Notes under the pieces: model-generated
What the model saw: only the letters and a program-made list of their open reading frames with translations
Databases searched by the model: none
Told to the model about the DNA's origin: nothing
Assembly (NCBI GenBank): GCA_016208165.1
Contig: JACQYL010000024.1
Location: 3,234-67,233, forward strand
Direction: 5' to 3'
Origin: Deltaproteobacteria bacterium
Lineage (GTDB): Bacteria > Desulfobacterota > Desulfarculia > JACQYL01
Length of the DNA stretch: 64,000 nucleotides
Made by a program: the position numbers and the translations under genes
Shown: one piece after another, positions 40,862 through 50,530 of the stretch
Layout: each line of letters opens with the position of its first letter
Numbering within the stretch: position 1 is the first letter of the stretch

Positions 40862-41410
40862 GTCACAACTCCCTCTGTGAGAATGATCTACTTGTAATTG
40901 CCACAGTGACCCACTCTTGCTTCCCGGCCCCTCGGTCCGACTCCAGCCTGTACGGTGCTGATGTTCGAATCGTCGGTGTACATTACTCACTCGGTCCTCA
41001 AGGGATCCGGTAACCTTATCCCACCATAGGCGCGTCACCGTACTCAGATATCATATTAACCTAAACTATGGCGAACGCCAAGGAAAGACTATCATGAAGG
41101 GATTGGGTGGGAAGGATTCTCTTCCTGCAATCTCGACACACCCTTTTTATCCTATCCGAAGGCAGGTAAGACATGAACTTCGAGGGCGCCCGGAATCTCA
41201 GGTCGGGCCCTGGAGCATGTTCCGGTCTTTCTGTTGTGGAATAGCACGTTCGAGCTTTATTGCTTTCCGGACTGTGTCGTTGGCGGGGCAGCTCGCGACT
41301 GATTCGTTCAACAGGGAGGAGCCGGCGTTCCTCCTACCTGTGGCTCCGTCGCAATGCGGTTTAGTAAAGAAAAGGCACCCGAAGCTTTTAACTCCACCCA
41401 CGTCGCCGGA

Positions 41411-41767
41411 TTATCTCCGTATGTATTCAGTAAATAGGCCGGCTCTTCCACGGGGATCGTGATATGCTTTGATCAAAAAATAGTCGATGGAGCATGTTGA
41501 TGCATTTACATCCTGTTTTACCATAGCTTTGACTAGTTCATCTTTATTCCTGCGGTAGAAATTAGCCATATCGTAAGCTCTAAGTCCTGACGAACGAAGC
41601 TTACTGCTCTGTGAATGGATCACACACACGGCTTGACTTTCGCATCTATCAATTTTCTTATCAATGACAGACTCATAGATACTATCGATTGATTCGTCTC
41701 CTGCTTGAACCAAAGGACCCACCAGCAACACACTTAGCGTTGCAACAAAGATTAATACTGACCTCAT
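41411..41767 (-). CDS. Small secreted hypothetical protein
   Basis: 118 aa with signal peptide. Lies in a low-GC islet. Confidence 0.45.
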   Translation of the reverse strand: MRSVLIFVATLSVLLVGPLVQAGDESIDSIYESVIDKKIDRCESQAVCVIHSQSSKLRSSGLRAYDMANFYRRNKDELVKAMVKQDVNASTCSIDYFLIKAYHDPRGRAGLFTEYIRR

Positions 41768-42124
41768 AAATATTCCTCCCTTCTAATAGCTGGCCATACA
41801 TTCTTTCAAGGCAAACCCACCGTAACTGATTAGTTATGGTTCTTGTTTATATTTTAGACAAAACACAAAACAATGATGATAGGATAACTGCATCTTGTTA
41901 GATCCATAGGCTTCCCATTGTAGGGTCTCAGGAAGTACGTGCCGAACGGCTCAGCGCTGCCAAACGTTGAGGGCTACCGATTCCCCTCCCTTGGAAACAG
42001 GATTCGCCGACCGAACGTATGCCGGTGCAGAAACAATGTCGGGCCGCAAACACTTTTAGAGTAGCACAGTTCGTTTCCTGTGTGAATAATTGAAATATAA
42101 GGAGGGAATAGTAGGGTAAACCTA

Positions 42125-43393
42125 TTATTTTTCGAAGGACAAAAGGAATGATCTCAAATTTTGCTTCGCCTGTTTCAAGCCGAGTTTGCGCCTTACATTG
42201 TTTCTGTGGAATATAACTGTGTTCTCGGAACGTCTGAGCATATTTGCTATTTCTTTACTTGTCTTTCCTTCTTTAATAAGGTTGGCTATTTGTATTTCCA
42301 TTGGTGTTAGATTAATAAATACGTTAGATAGCCTATTTATAAACGGCGATACCATGTTTAAAATGTTTTTCTCCAAGATTTCAAGTATAGCCTCGTAGTA
42401 ACTATCCAATTTACATGCCTTCAACCTTTCGATAAAAGGCATTACCAAATTATTAACGTTATTTAGAACGTTGTTCTTGAGTTCATCCCTATCACGTTCT
42501 CTTTGATCTAACAATACCCTAAGAGCGGAGTTAACTTCTTTCAGATGGAGAGACTGGCTATCGAGTTCCATTTCACGCATTTTCAGTTCACATTCTGCTC
42601 GTATCCGATCAGTGATATCCAAGATACCGGCAATGCATCGTCCGGTATCGGGGATTGGAGCAAATTGTAGTACCGCGTTCCTAATCTCTCCGGCCTTCGT
42701 TACTACATGCGCTTCCCGCTCGCTCTGGCGCAGCGCGTTTTCCGCACGTTTTCGCTTGATCATGCTCGCCAAAGTGCTGGCGGCCGCGTTCAGAAAAGAT
42801 ATTTCGTACGGGTCGCCGTCTTGTCCTTCCGGCAAATACAGGACAATCACTCCGAGCACTTTTTCGCCGGATAAAACCGGCACATTGTAGTGCCCATGGT
42901 GTTCCAGACCCGGATAATTGATGTCGTGGCGGTGATCCACCCGCTTGGACACCTGAATCTTCCTTTCAGCCGCGGCACGTCCGCACAGGCAACGGCCAAA
43001 AGGAACCCTCGCGCAAGTGCTCAGAATCGAGTTGTTCAGATTCTTGTGCACTCCCAGTACAAGGACCGCGGGGTCATCCTCGTGCGTATGAAATATCCCG
43101 CCCATATGTAGTGTCTTCAACCAGGACACGCTGAGCAGAACCTCCAGGAAATATGCCATCTGGCATTCGAGCGAAACCTCATCGAGAGAGTGTTTCAAGA
43201 GTGAATTCAAGGCGTTCTGGCTTTCGACCGTCTTCTCAAGTCCCTGTTGAGCCATCCGGCACTCGGCCTCCACGGCCTCGAGATCGGTTATGCGGCGTCG
43301 CATCCTATCGAGTTCCTCCGAGACCCGGGTTTCTGAGTTGCCGGACTTATTCATCTCGCCCTTCGTGGTTCTATGGACCGAAGCTTTCCTCAT
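42125..43393 (-). CDS. GAF/PAS-sensor LuxR-family transcriptional regulator
   Basis: C-terminal LuxR HTH (TPMEIQIANLIKEGKTSKEIANMLRRSENTV). Sits in an AT-rich region distinct from its surroundings. Confidence 0.7.
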   Translation of the reverse strand: MRKASVHRTTKGEMNKSGNSETRVSEELDRMRRRITDLEAVEAECRMAQQGLEKTVESQNALNSLLKHSLDEVSLECQMAYFLEVLLSVSWLKTLHMGGIFHTHEDDPAVLVLGVHKNLNNSILSTCARVPFGRCLCGRAAAERKIQVSKRVDHRHDINYPGLEHHGHYNVPVLSGEKVLGVIVLYLPEGQDGDPYEISFLNAAASTLASMIKRKRAENALRQSEREAHVVTKAGEIRNAVLQFAPIPDTGRCIAGILDITDRIRAECELKMREMELDSQSLHLKEVNSALRVLLDQRERDRDELKNNVLNNVNNLVMPFIERLKACKLDSYYEAILEILEKNILNMVSPFINRLSNVFINLTPMEIQIANLIKEGKTSKEIANMLRRSENTVIFHRNNVRRKLGLKQAKQNLRSFLLSFEK

Positions 43394-43740
43394 TCAGGCA
43401 AAGAAATGCAAGGGAGAAATCGGCGTGTCAATTATACCACACTGTGGTACACAGACAAATACATCAATAGAATAGTAGTCAAGCCATGGCTCTTCCCAAC
43501 GAACTTAGCGCCACCGACGACACTGATGTCATGAAACGACGCTTACAAGGATGAGCTAATTATGCTATTTTATTTACAGCTGGTTACGTCAAAAAACGTT
43601 CCTTCCGAGACCTCCGGGATTCAACCCTTCTGACGCATCCCGACGGCCTTGGAGGATCGAAACCCCGTACGGCTTGTTGACCTCAGGACGGAATCGCTCT
43701 GAAAAACCCCTTCCTTGAACTGATTTATGAGGACGTTATC

Positions 43741-45048
43741 ATGAGAAGGCTATGTCTGTTTATCCTGGCGGCCGTCTTGTCGCCGGGGACAAACACATTC
43801 GTAGGCGCCGCTGCTGCGGAGACCGGCCGTATGCCTTGGTTCTTCGTTCAAGGTTTGAAAATCGATACCACTTCTCTGCTGCCCGTTCCCGATCCCCTTT
43901 CAGGCTCCAATCCAGAATATCCACTTGTATCGACGAGCGTTCCGGACCTAGGCGCGCCGTTCCAGGATCCTCATTTCCATACGACTCTGACCCGCGTAAC
44001 GGGAGGCGGCTTCCTTCGACACGAGTACTCCCGTTTCGATCCCTTCAACACGGACCAGTCCCGTATATTGCTTTTGAACATCGAAAGCGGCTTCGCCGTC
44101 TACAAGGGCGAGGCGCTTCCATACGAACTGGAATCGAACCGTGTGATGGCGATGCTGGATCTGGCGGAGCCCAGATGGGATCCTCGAGATCCTGACCTGA
44201 TCTGGGGATTTCGCGAGTTCAGTATCATGACCGTAAACGTCCAAACCGGTTCCGCGACGATGGTAAAGAACTTCAAGAACGATTCCAAGATTGGCTCCAT
44301 CATCGCCGCCGAAACGGATCTGTTTCGCATCGCCACCCGGGACGAGGGCGAGTCTTCATGCGACAAACGCTATTGGGCGTTAGCTTTTCAAGGATCCGAC
44401 CTGGACTACGCCTTGCGCTATCTCTTCACGTGGGACCGGCAACAGGACCAGGTCCTAGGCCTCTATTCCATCTCAGCCGAGGAGAGAGAGATCGACTGGG
44501 TGGGCATGTCCTGTCTGGGCGGTTTTGTTCTCATCGGCGGCGATCCGTTGAACGGCGGAAACCTTACCGGACTGACCATGGCGAACAGGGAGCTTGACCG
44601 GTTCCACAGGTTGGATTATGGAACCGCTCATTCCGACGTAGCCCTGGACGCCGACGGAAAGGAAGTCATTGTGATGCAGAATGTGAGGACGGATTATGTG
44701 GACCTGATCCCCATCGACTGGACGACTCTGCCGATTCTCAACGCAGGGGAAAATTGCGAAGGAACCAATCGTACGCCCCTTATCCGACTCTACTATGCTT
44801 CCGATAATCCGGACAGCTTCGGCTCGGGTATACACATCTCCTGCAATACGCCTGGATATTGTGTCATTTCCACTTACATAGGGCCGGGTGAACCGGAAAG
44901 GAACTGGCTGGATAGAACCAATGTCTTGGTAGAACTCAATAGGAACGATCCCAATGTTTTCTATTTGTCGAAAGTCCACAACACCACACAGGAATATTGG
45001 GAAGAGACACATGCGACCATAACCAATGACGGATCGAAAGTGCTTTAG
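43741..45048 (+). CDS. Secreted hypothetical protein
   Basis: Signal peptide, 435 aa, no family recognised. Confidence 0.5.
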   Translation: MRRLCLFILAAVLSPGTNTFVGAAAAETGRMPWFFVQGLKIDTTSLLPVPDPLSGSNPEYPLVSTSVPDLGAPFQDPHFHTTLTRVTGGGFLRHEYSRFDPFNTDQSRILLLNIESGFAVYKGEALPYELESNRVMAMLDLAEPRWDPRDPDLIWGFREFSIMTVNVQTGSATMVKNFKNDSKIGSIIAAETDLFRIATRDEGESSCDKRYWALAFQGSDLDYALRYLFTWDRQQDQVLGLYSISAEEREIDWVGMSCLGGFVLIGGDPLNGGNLTGLTMANRELDRFHRLDYGTAHSDVALDADGKEVIVMQNVRTDYVDLIPIDWTTLPILNAGENCEGTNRTPLIRLYYASDNPDSFGSGIHISCNTPGYCVISTYIGPGEPERNWLDRTNVLVELNRNDPNVFYLSKVHNTTQEYWEETHATITNDGSKVL

Positions 45049-45069
45049 GCAACGAACTGGGGTCAGGAC

Positions 45070-45715
45070 GTGGGTTCGGAGAAGATGTTTCTAATCGAAC
45101 TCGATATGCCTCTTTCAGAGACTTCGGTGATTCCCGCCAACGGCATTTGGAAATCCACCGACAAGACGCTCAGCTTCTATCTGCAGGAATACCAGAGCGG
45201 CGCCTGTATCACCGTGGTTACCTTGAACGGCGTCGATTTCGCGGCGTATCCGGACGCGGACTACAGCGACGGAATTCGTGTGTGGGACGACCTCGGCGGC
45301 CGGGGGTACCCTCTGACCTTGGCGCTCGCGGACTCGTCACATGGTTCCCTGACAGCCACGTTACCCGGAAACAACAGCGTCACCAAACTGGTTGAAAGGG
45401 CCTTTTCAGGCACCCGATCGTCCACCCCTCAAAACGGAATCTGGAGAAGTGAGGACGATGCACTGTCCTTTTACCCCCAGAAATACGAAGGCGGTTCATG
45501 CATCCTCGTGGCGACCATGGACGGTGTCCGTTTCGCCCTTTTTCCACGACCAGGATCTGAGTGATGGGATCGGTGCAACAAACGATGTGGGCGGTCAGGG
45601 GTACGCCATGGCGCTGAGCCTTGTCCATGCAAGTCATGGATCGTTTATGGCGGATCTTCCCGGAGAAGGGACCATCGTAAAACCCGTAAGTCTGAACCAT
45701 CCCGATACCCCATAA
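45070..45715 (+). pseudogene. Three-repeat hypothetical protein interrupted by a +1 frameshift in a T5 homopolymer (~45546-45550)
   Basis: Repeats NGIWKSTDKTLSFYLQEYQSGACI...DSSHGSLTATLPGN, NGIWRSEDDALSFYPQKYEGGSCI..., and ...SHGSFMADLPGEG continue in the +1 frame (ORF 45392-45715). Confidence 0.5.
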
Positions 45716-45746
45716 CGCGGATCGGCTCCTCCGCGCCGCCGATCGC

Positions 45747-46040
45747 TCACGGAGGGCTCGAACCAATCTTGCCGGAAAGGCTTCGCGATAAACGATAGGA
45801 CCGCTTAACCGGGGGAGCCAGGATCCCCCCTGACGTACGATAGAATCCGATTCCCGAAACCATGGGCAGCAGGTCGTCGTCCGCCCATTCCCCCATGGAG
45901 CCTTCATAGACCCGGGCGTTTCTCAGACCCAGTATCTTGGTGACCACGAACCAATTGTAGACCGCGTGGACGCCCTCGTTACAGTAGAATATGACATCCA
46001 CATCTCTGGTGCGGCGGCATCGTCTTCCGTTGCCATGGCG
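45747..46040 (-). pseudogene. Rhodanese (thiosulfate/3-mercaptopyruvate sulfurtransferase) C-terminal domain remnant
   Basis: VIFYCNEGVHAVYNWFVVTKILGLRNARVYEGSMGEWADD matches the rhodanese catalytic-domain pattern CRxGxxA...YDGSWxEW. No N-terminal domain is present and the upstream frame is degenerate. Confidence 0.35.
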
Positions 46041-46053
46041 GATTTTCAGGATC

Positions 46054-46644
46054 CTATCCGACTGAGCCCTTGAGCAGTTTTTCGAACACGATTCGCTCAA
46101 AAAACCTCTGGTGGGTTGTCGTTTTGGAGACCTTCATTTGCAGGAGCGTGCCTTGAAAGCTACTCAGAATGAAATCAGAGGCCTCTTGTACGTCCAGGTC
46201 GGCCGCAACTTCTCCCTGCCGGCGGGCTTCCTCCAAACACGCGGCTATCTTCAGCTTGAGGGCCTTAAAGACTTCTTCCAGCCGGATCCGGAATCGTTCG
46301 TTCCGGTCTCCCATCTCCAAAGAGAGGTTTCCGAAAGGACACCCGCCCTTGAAACCGTTCTTTTCAAAAGCCGACATCAGATCATGGAAATAATCGCTCA
46401 GGCGTTGCAGCGGGGTTTTGCTCGGATCCTTCAAATATCGGTCCACCCGATCCAGGTGGCGGCGAGCGTTCTCATCGATGAGTTGGAGACCGAAGTCTTC
46501 TTTGCTTTTGAAATAGAAATAGAACGAGCCCTTGGGTACACCCGCGCCGGCCAGGATCTCCTGCAGGCCGGTGGCATAGAACCCCTTCTCATAAACGCGT
46601 TTGGTCCCTTCTTCAAGAATCCTGGTTTTGGTGTCTGTTTTCAT
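46054..46644 (-). CDS. TetR-family transcriptional regulator
   Basis: N-terminal TetR HTH (ILEEGTKRVYEKGFYATGLQEILAGAGVPKGSFYFYF). Start at MKTDTKT. Confidence 0.8.
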   Translation of the reverse strand: MKTDTKTRILEEGTKRVYEKGFYATGLQEILAGAGVPKGSFYFYFKSKEDFGLQLIDENARRHLDRVDRYLKDPSKTPLQRLSDYFHDLMSAFEKNGFKGGCPFGNLSLEMGDRNERFRIRLEEVFKALKLKIAACLEEARRQGEVAADLDVQEASDFILSSFQGTLLQMKVSKTTTHQRFFERIVFEKLLKGSVG

Positions 46645-46755
46645 CGTTGCATGATCCCCAAACCCCTGCCAAGACTTGCCGGATAGCCCTGGGACCGAGG
46701 AGCGGTCTCCCAGGGGGTGGCCCAAAGACCTCCCTCATGGGGCAATGGCCCTTTA

Positions 46756-46802
46756 GCGCCTCCCGGAGGGGCCGGCCCTGAGCTTGTCGAAGGGTGGCGC
46801 CC
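46756..46802. repeat. Conserved 46-nt intergenic element (copy D)
   Basis: GCGCCTCCCGGAGGGGCCGGCCCTGAGCTTGTCGAAGGGTGGCGCC; homolog of 10908-10953. Confidence 0.65.
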
Positions 46803-46890
46803 GCCTGAAAAATCCTGAACGGGGGGGCATAGGGGGGAAACTTTTTCAGAAGTTCCCTCCCCGTATATAATTAGACTCCCGTCACTGCAG

Positions 46891-49158
46891 TCAGGCCGCC
46901 TCGACCTTGCATGGAATATAACGGTGCAGAGGGGTCCCTGCGATACGGTCCCGATGAGTGTTTTTGGTCAGTCGGTTGGCGTTGGTCCCGTAGGTCTTTC
47001 CCCCGTGCACCAGGCCGAATCCTTGCGGTATCATGATGTAGCCCGGCCTCGTGGACCTGGTCACTTCGAGTTCGATGGTTTCCTTCCCGGCCTCGGTCGT
47101 TATTCGAACCCTCTGACCGTCATTGAAACCACACCTTTCCGCGTCCTCCGGATGCATGAGCACGGTGCATGCCCGTTTTCCTTCGTTCCAGGCAGGATCC
47201 CGCAGACTCGTATTGGCGTTGAAGTCCATGTGTCGGCCGGACGACAGGATGAAGGGGTATGCTTCCTCGTGTTCTCTGAGCCTTTTCGACTCGAGTACAG
47301 GATCGATCTCCTGAATCCACTCTTTCATTTCGGGCGCGTCCAGATGGATCCGACCGTCCTGGGTGTCCAGGGCTTGGAAATGATCCCACGTTGCGGCATC
47401 GACTTCGCCCACCCAGATACCTTCCGGATGCTGCAGCACGGCTTTGAAGATTTCTTCCCCAAGGCCGGGTCCGGGATGAAACCCCACGCGAGCGGCCATC
47501 TCCTGAACGGCGGGCGGCAGATTCTGCAGAAGTCCCCAGAAGGCAGCCAGGTTTCCGGAACCCAATGTTTTCCCCAGCGTTTTGGAAAGAATGCATGGCA
47601 GGCTCCTGGCGGCTTTTGGATCGGACCGCAAGTATTCCATCAGGGCCATCCCAAACCTGAATCGGTCGCCGCTATCCGCCGCTTTGTTCAAGGACTCCGG
47701 AATTTCCGGAACAAATCCCAGGCGATCCGACAATCGAAGAAAGATTTCACCAGCTTCGATCTGCTCTCCCTCCGGTTTCACTACGGGGGGACGCATCTGC
47801 AGGGATACCTTTGGAAAGCCTTCCCCAATCAAGGGATTCCCGTCCCAGGATTCATAGGCGGACAAAGCGGGCAGCACATAATGAGAAAGCGCGGCCGTCT
47901 CGGTCATGGCGATGTCAACGGTCACTAACAGATCCAGTCGGCTGAAGGCCTTCTCATAGGCGGTCGTGTCCGCATAGGACCTCAACGGGTTGGCGCCGCT
48001 CACCACCACTGCGCGAAGTCTGTCCGGGTGGCCGGACAGGATCTCCTCGGGCATCACGTTGGGAGGGTATATGCTGGTGATGGCCGGATAATGCGAAGTC
48101 ACGGTGCGCCAGGAGCGTGCCTCCTGTTCATCCGGAGTGCTCTTGGGGTTGCCCCGCCCGCTGCGCAACCCCACCGGGAAGATGTTTCCGCCTTCAGCCC
48201 CGATCCGTCCGCAGACAGACAACAAGGCGTTTTCCAGATAGGAGATAAGCGTACTATGCCGGGTCATAAGAACGCCAAGGTCGCTGCGAAGACAGGACTT
48301 GCGTGTCGCAAAGAAGCGGCAGACCTCTCTCACTCGCGCATAGTCCAGTTCACAAACACCTAGGGCCGCTTTCGCATCGAAATCCGTAAACAGGGAACGG
48401 ATCGCCTCGAAACCGCTGACGCGCCGGTCCATGTAGTCCTGATTGTGCCACCCTTCTTCGAGTATGATGGAGATCATGGCCCGGTACAATAATGCGTCCG
48501 TTCCCGGTTTGACGGGCAGATGGATGTCCGCGATTTTGGCTGTCTCCGAAAGACGCGGGTCGATGACCACGAGCAGCCGATTCGGATCTTTACTCAGTCG
48601 GGTGAGCACGCGCCGTGCCTGAGGCGTGTGATGGCTCATCATCGGATTCCACCCCACGGCCAGGAGCATGTCGGTTTCATCGAGATGGGGGACGGTTTGA
48701 TGAGATTGGTTGCCGAACGTCTTTCCATCGACCCAATACCGCCCGGTCAACTCCTGGGCAAGGGCGTTGTAGGAGTATTGCGACCCCAGGCTTCGCAGCA
48801 GATGAATGGCAAAAGTTCCCTGGGACGGGCACGCAACGGTAAATCCGCCCATCAGCGCAAAAGAACGCGGCCCGTGTTCCTTTACGGTCGCAGAGAGTTT
48901 CTCAGCTACCTCATGTACGGCCTGGTCCCAGGATATCCGCTCGAATGCGTCTCCGACCTTTTTCAGCGGATACATCAATCGATCGACGTGGTGCTGATGA
49001 TAGGCAATGTTCAATCCTTTGCGGCAGACGTAGCCCTCGCTGCGAGGATGATCCTTGTCTCCGCGCACCTTGACGATACGGTTATTTTCGACCTGTACCT
49101 CGAGACCACACAGATTGGCGCAACACACACAGCCCGTTTTCTTCCATTCCATCGTCAC
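46891..49158 (-). CDS. Molybdopterin-dependent oxidoreductase (DMSO reductase/formate dehydrogenase superfamily), cytoplasmic type
   Basis: N-terminal [4Fe-4S] motif CVCCANLCG...C plus molybdopterin-binding domains. 755 aa, no Tat signal evident. Confidence 0.75.
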   Translation of the reverse strand: MTMEWKKTGCVCCANLCGLEVQVENNRIVKVRGDKDHPRSEGYVCRKGLNIAYHQHHVDRLMYPLKKVGDAFERISWDQAVHEVAEKLSATVKEHGPRSFALMGGFTVACPSQGTFAIHLLRSLGSQYSYNALAQELTGRYWVDGKTFGNQSHQTVPHLDETDMLLAVGWNPMMSHHTPQARRVLTRLSKDPNRLLVVIDPRLSETAKIADIHLPVKPGTDALLYRAMISIILEEGWHNQDYMDRRVSGFEAIRSLFTDFDAKAALGVCELDYARVREVCRFFATRKSCLRSDLGVLMTRHSTLISYLENALLSVCGRIGAEGGNIFPVGLRSGRGNPKSTPDEQEARSWRTVTSHYPAITSIYPPNVMPEEILSGHPDRLRAVVVSGANPLRSYADTTAYEKAFSRLDLLVTVDIAMTETAALSHYVLPALSAYESWDGNPLIGEGFPKVSLQMRPPVVKPEGEQIEAGEIFLRLSDRLGFVPEIPESLNKAADSGDRFRFGMALMEYLRSDPKAARSLPCILSKTLGKTLGSGNLAAFWGLLQNLPPAVQEMAARVGFHPGPGLGEEIFKAVLQHPEGIWVGEVDAATWDHFQALDTQDGRIHLDAPEMKEWIQEIDPVLESKRLREHEEAYPFILSSGRHMDFNANTSLRDPAWNEGKRACTVLMHPEDAERCGFNDGQRVRITTEAGKETIELEVTRSTRPGYIMIPQGFGLVHGGKTYGTNANRLTKNTHRDRIAGTPLHRYIPCKVEAA

Positions 49159-49224
49159 ACCTTTTCTAATTACGGGAATAAGCGGAATTGATTAACATCT
49201 TCCGGCCTTCTTCTATTGAGGCGC

Positions 49225-49641
49225 CTACAGTTTCCACTTCCCCTTGTAGTAGGTTCGCATTACCGTTTGCGCCTTTTCTTCGGCCCAGCTTTCCAATCCC
49301 ATCTTTTTTATCAGACCCAAGTTGAATACTTTGAGATTGTGGGGCTTGGTGGCGGCCATGTCGGCGTAAGGATGCAAATGATCGCATGGGAAATTTTCAC
49401 ATTCGTGGCAAAAGCTCAGTTCTCTTTCTTCTATGCAACGGTACACATTGCAAGGCTCCGTCATATCCAGATAAGCAATGGTCCCGTTTTCGTTTCGGCA
49501 TCCTTTGCACACGGCCTTATCCTCTGAAACATCCAGATTCTGGGCGACCTTCTTTCTCAAATCCTCGTCAAAATTGGCCTTGTACAAAGGACAATTAAAG
49601 CAAGGAAGCCCGCATGGCGCCGTCATGTTGAGATAATCCAT
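49225..49641 (-). CDS. DUF3795-like Cys-rich zinc-binding protein
   Basis: CGLPCFNCPLYKA...CKGC...CHECENFPCDH Cys pattern. Start trimmed to MDYLNM. Confidence 0.55.
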   Translation of the reverse strand: MDYLNMTAPCGLPCFNCPLYKANFDEDLRKKVAQNLDVSEDKAVCKGCRNENGTIAYLDMTEPCNVYRCIEERELSFCHECENFPCDHLHPYADMAATKPHNLKVFNLGLIKKMGLESWAEEKAQTVMRTYYKGKWKL

Positions 49642-50133
49642 GGTGTCTCTCCCGGAAACGATGTGTAGGTGTAAGGTTCTGGTTTCATCTAAAGGTAGCC
49701 GGGCTCGTATCGTTGATATTGAGCGGACGGCCATAGGACGTGTTTTGACCCGGTATCCCATTGAACGCATTCGCCGGTCCGTCGGAGGATCACGATCGCT
49801 TCGGGACTCATCCCGGCCTCTCCTTCAGAAGTGATTGACCGGGTTTGGGCCGCGAAAGGCCCAAATCGGGCGAGGCCTGGGGATTGATTCTCAGTGGAGA
49901 TAGAAACAGGACCGCCGGCGCCGTCACCGCCGTTTCCTTACATGCGAAGTCATAGTAGACCGGTCGTATATCTTCGTCAACCGTTTTTATACTCTTCACC
50001 CGACAAAACGGTTCCGATGACGAAAGTCTGAATCTGGTAGCAGACGGGCGCGGATGCCGGCTTGCCTACGGTTAGCGGTGGAATCCGCCACTCCAGCAGC
50101 CGGGGCCATCGCCACTACAAGCCTGTCCGAGCG

Positions 50134-50418
50134 TCAGTGGCTATCTTCTTTCCGTTCTTTTTCCCACATTCTTCTCTGCACCAGCGCTTTCATGGTCTCG
50201 AGAACGCCGACTTTCTGAAACAGGTTCAGTTCTTCATGGGACTTCACGATACTTTCCAGTTCTTCAAACATCTCCAGATAGAGTTGGTTCTGAATCGTAT
50301 CGACGGGAGGTTTCCACCCACGGATGACGGCCGTCTTTACCGCCTCGAGTACTCCGCACTTATCCCCTTCATCGAGGTCCGAATACTTCCTCCAAATGTG
50401 AATGATCTCATTTCCCAT
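50134..50418 (-). CDS. Small hypothetical protein
   Basis: 94 aa after trimming to MGNEIIH to remove overlap with the upstream nucleotidyltransferase gene. Confidence 0.35.
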   Translation of the reverse strand: MGNEIIHIWRKYSDLDEGDKCGVLEAVKTAVIRGWKPPVDTIQNQLYLEMFEELESIVKSHEELNLFQKVGVLETMKALVQRRMWEKERKEDSH

Positions 50419-50530
50419 TGCCGCTCTTTTGTCTCTCTGCTCTTTGCCCACGGATGGTTCTCCTTTTCGGCTCCGGCGTTCCCGGATAAGGACTCGATCG
50501 GAAGATGACTCGACAAGGAATTTCTTTGGG

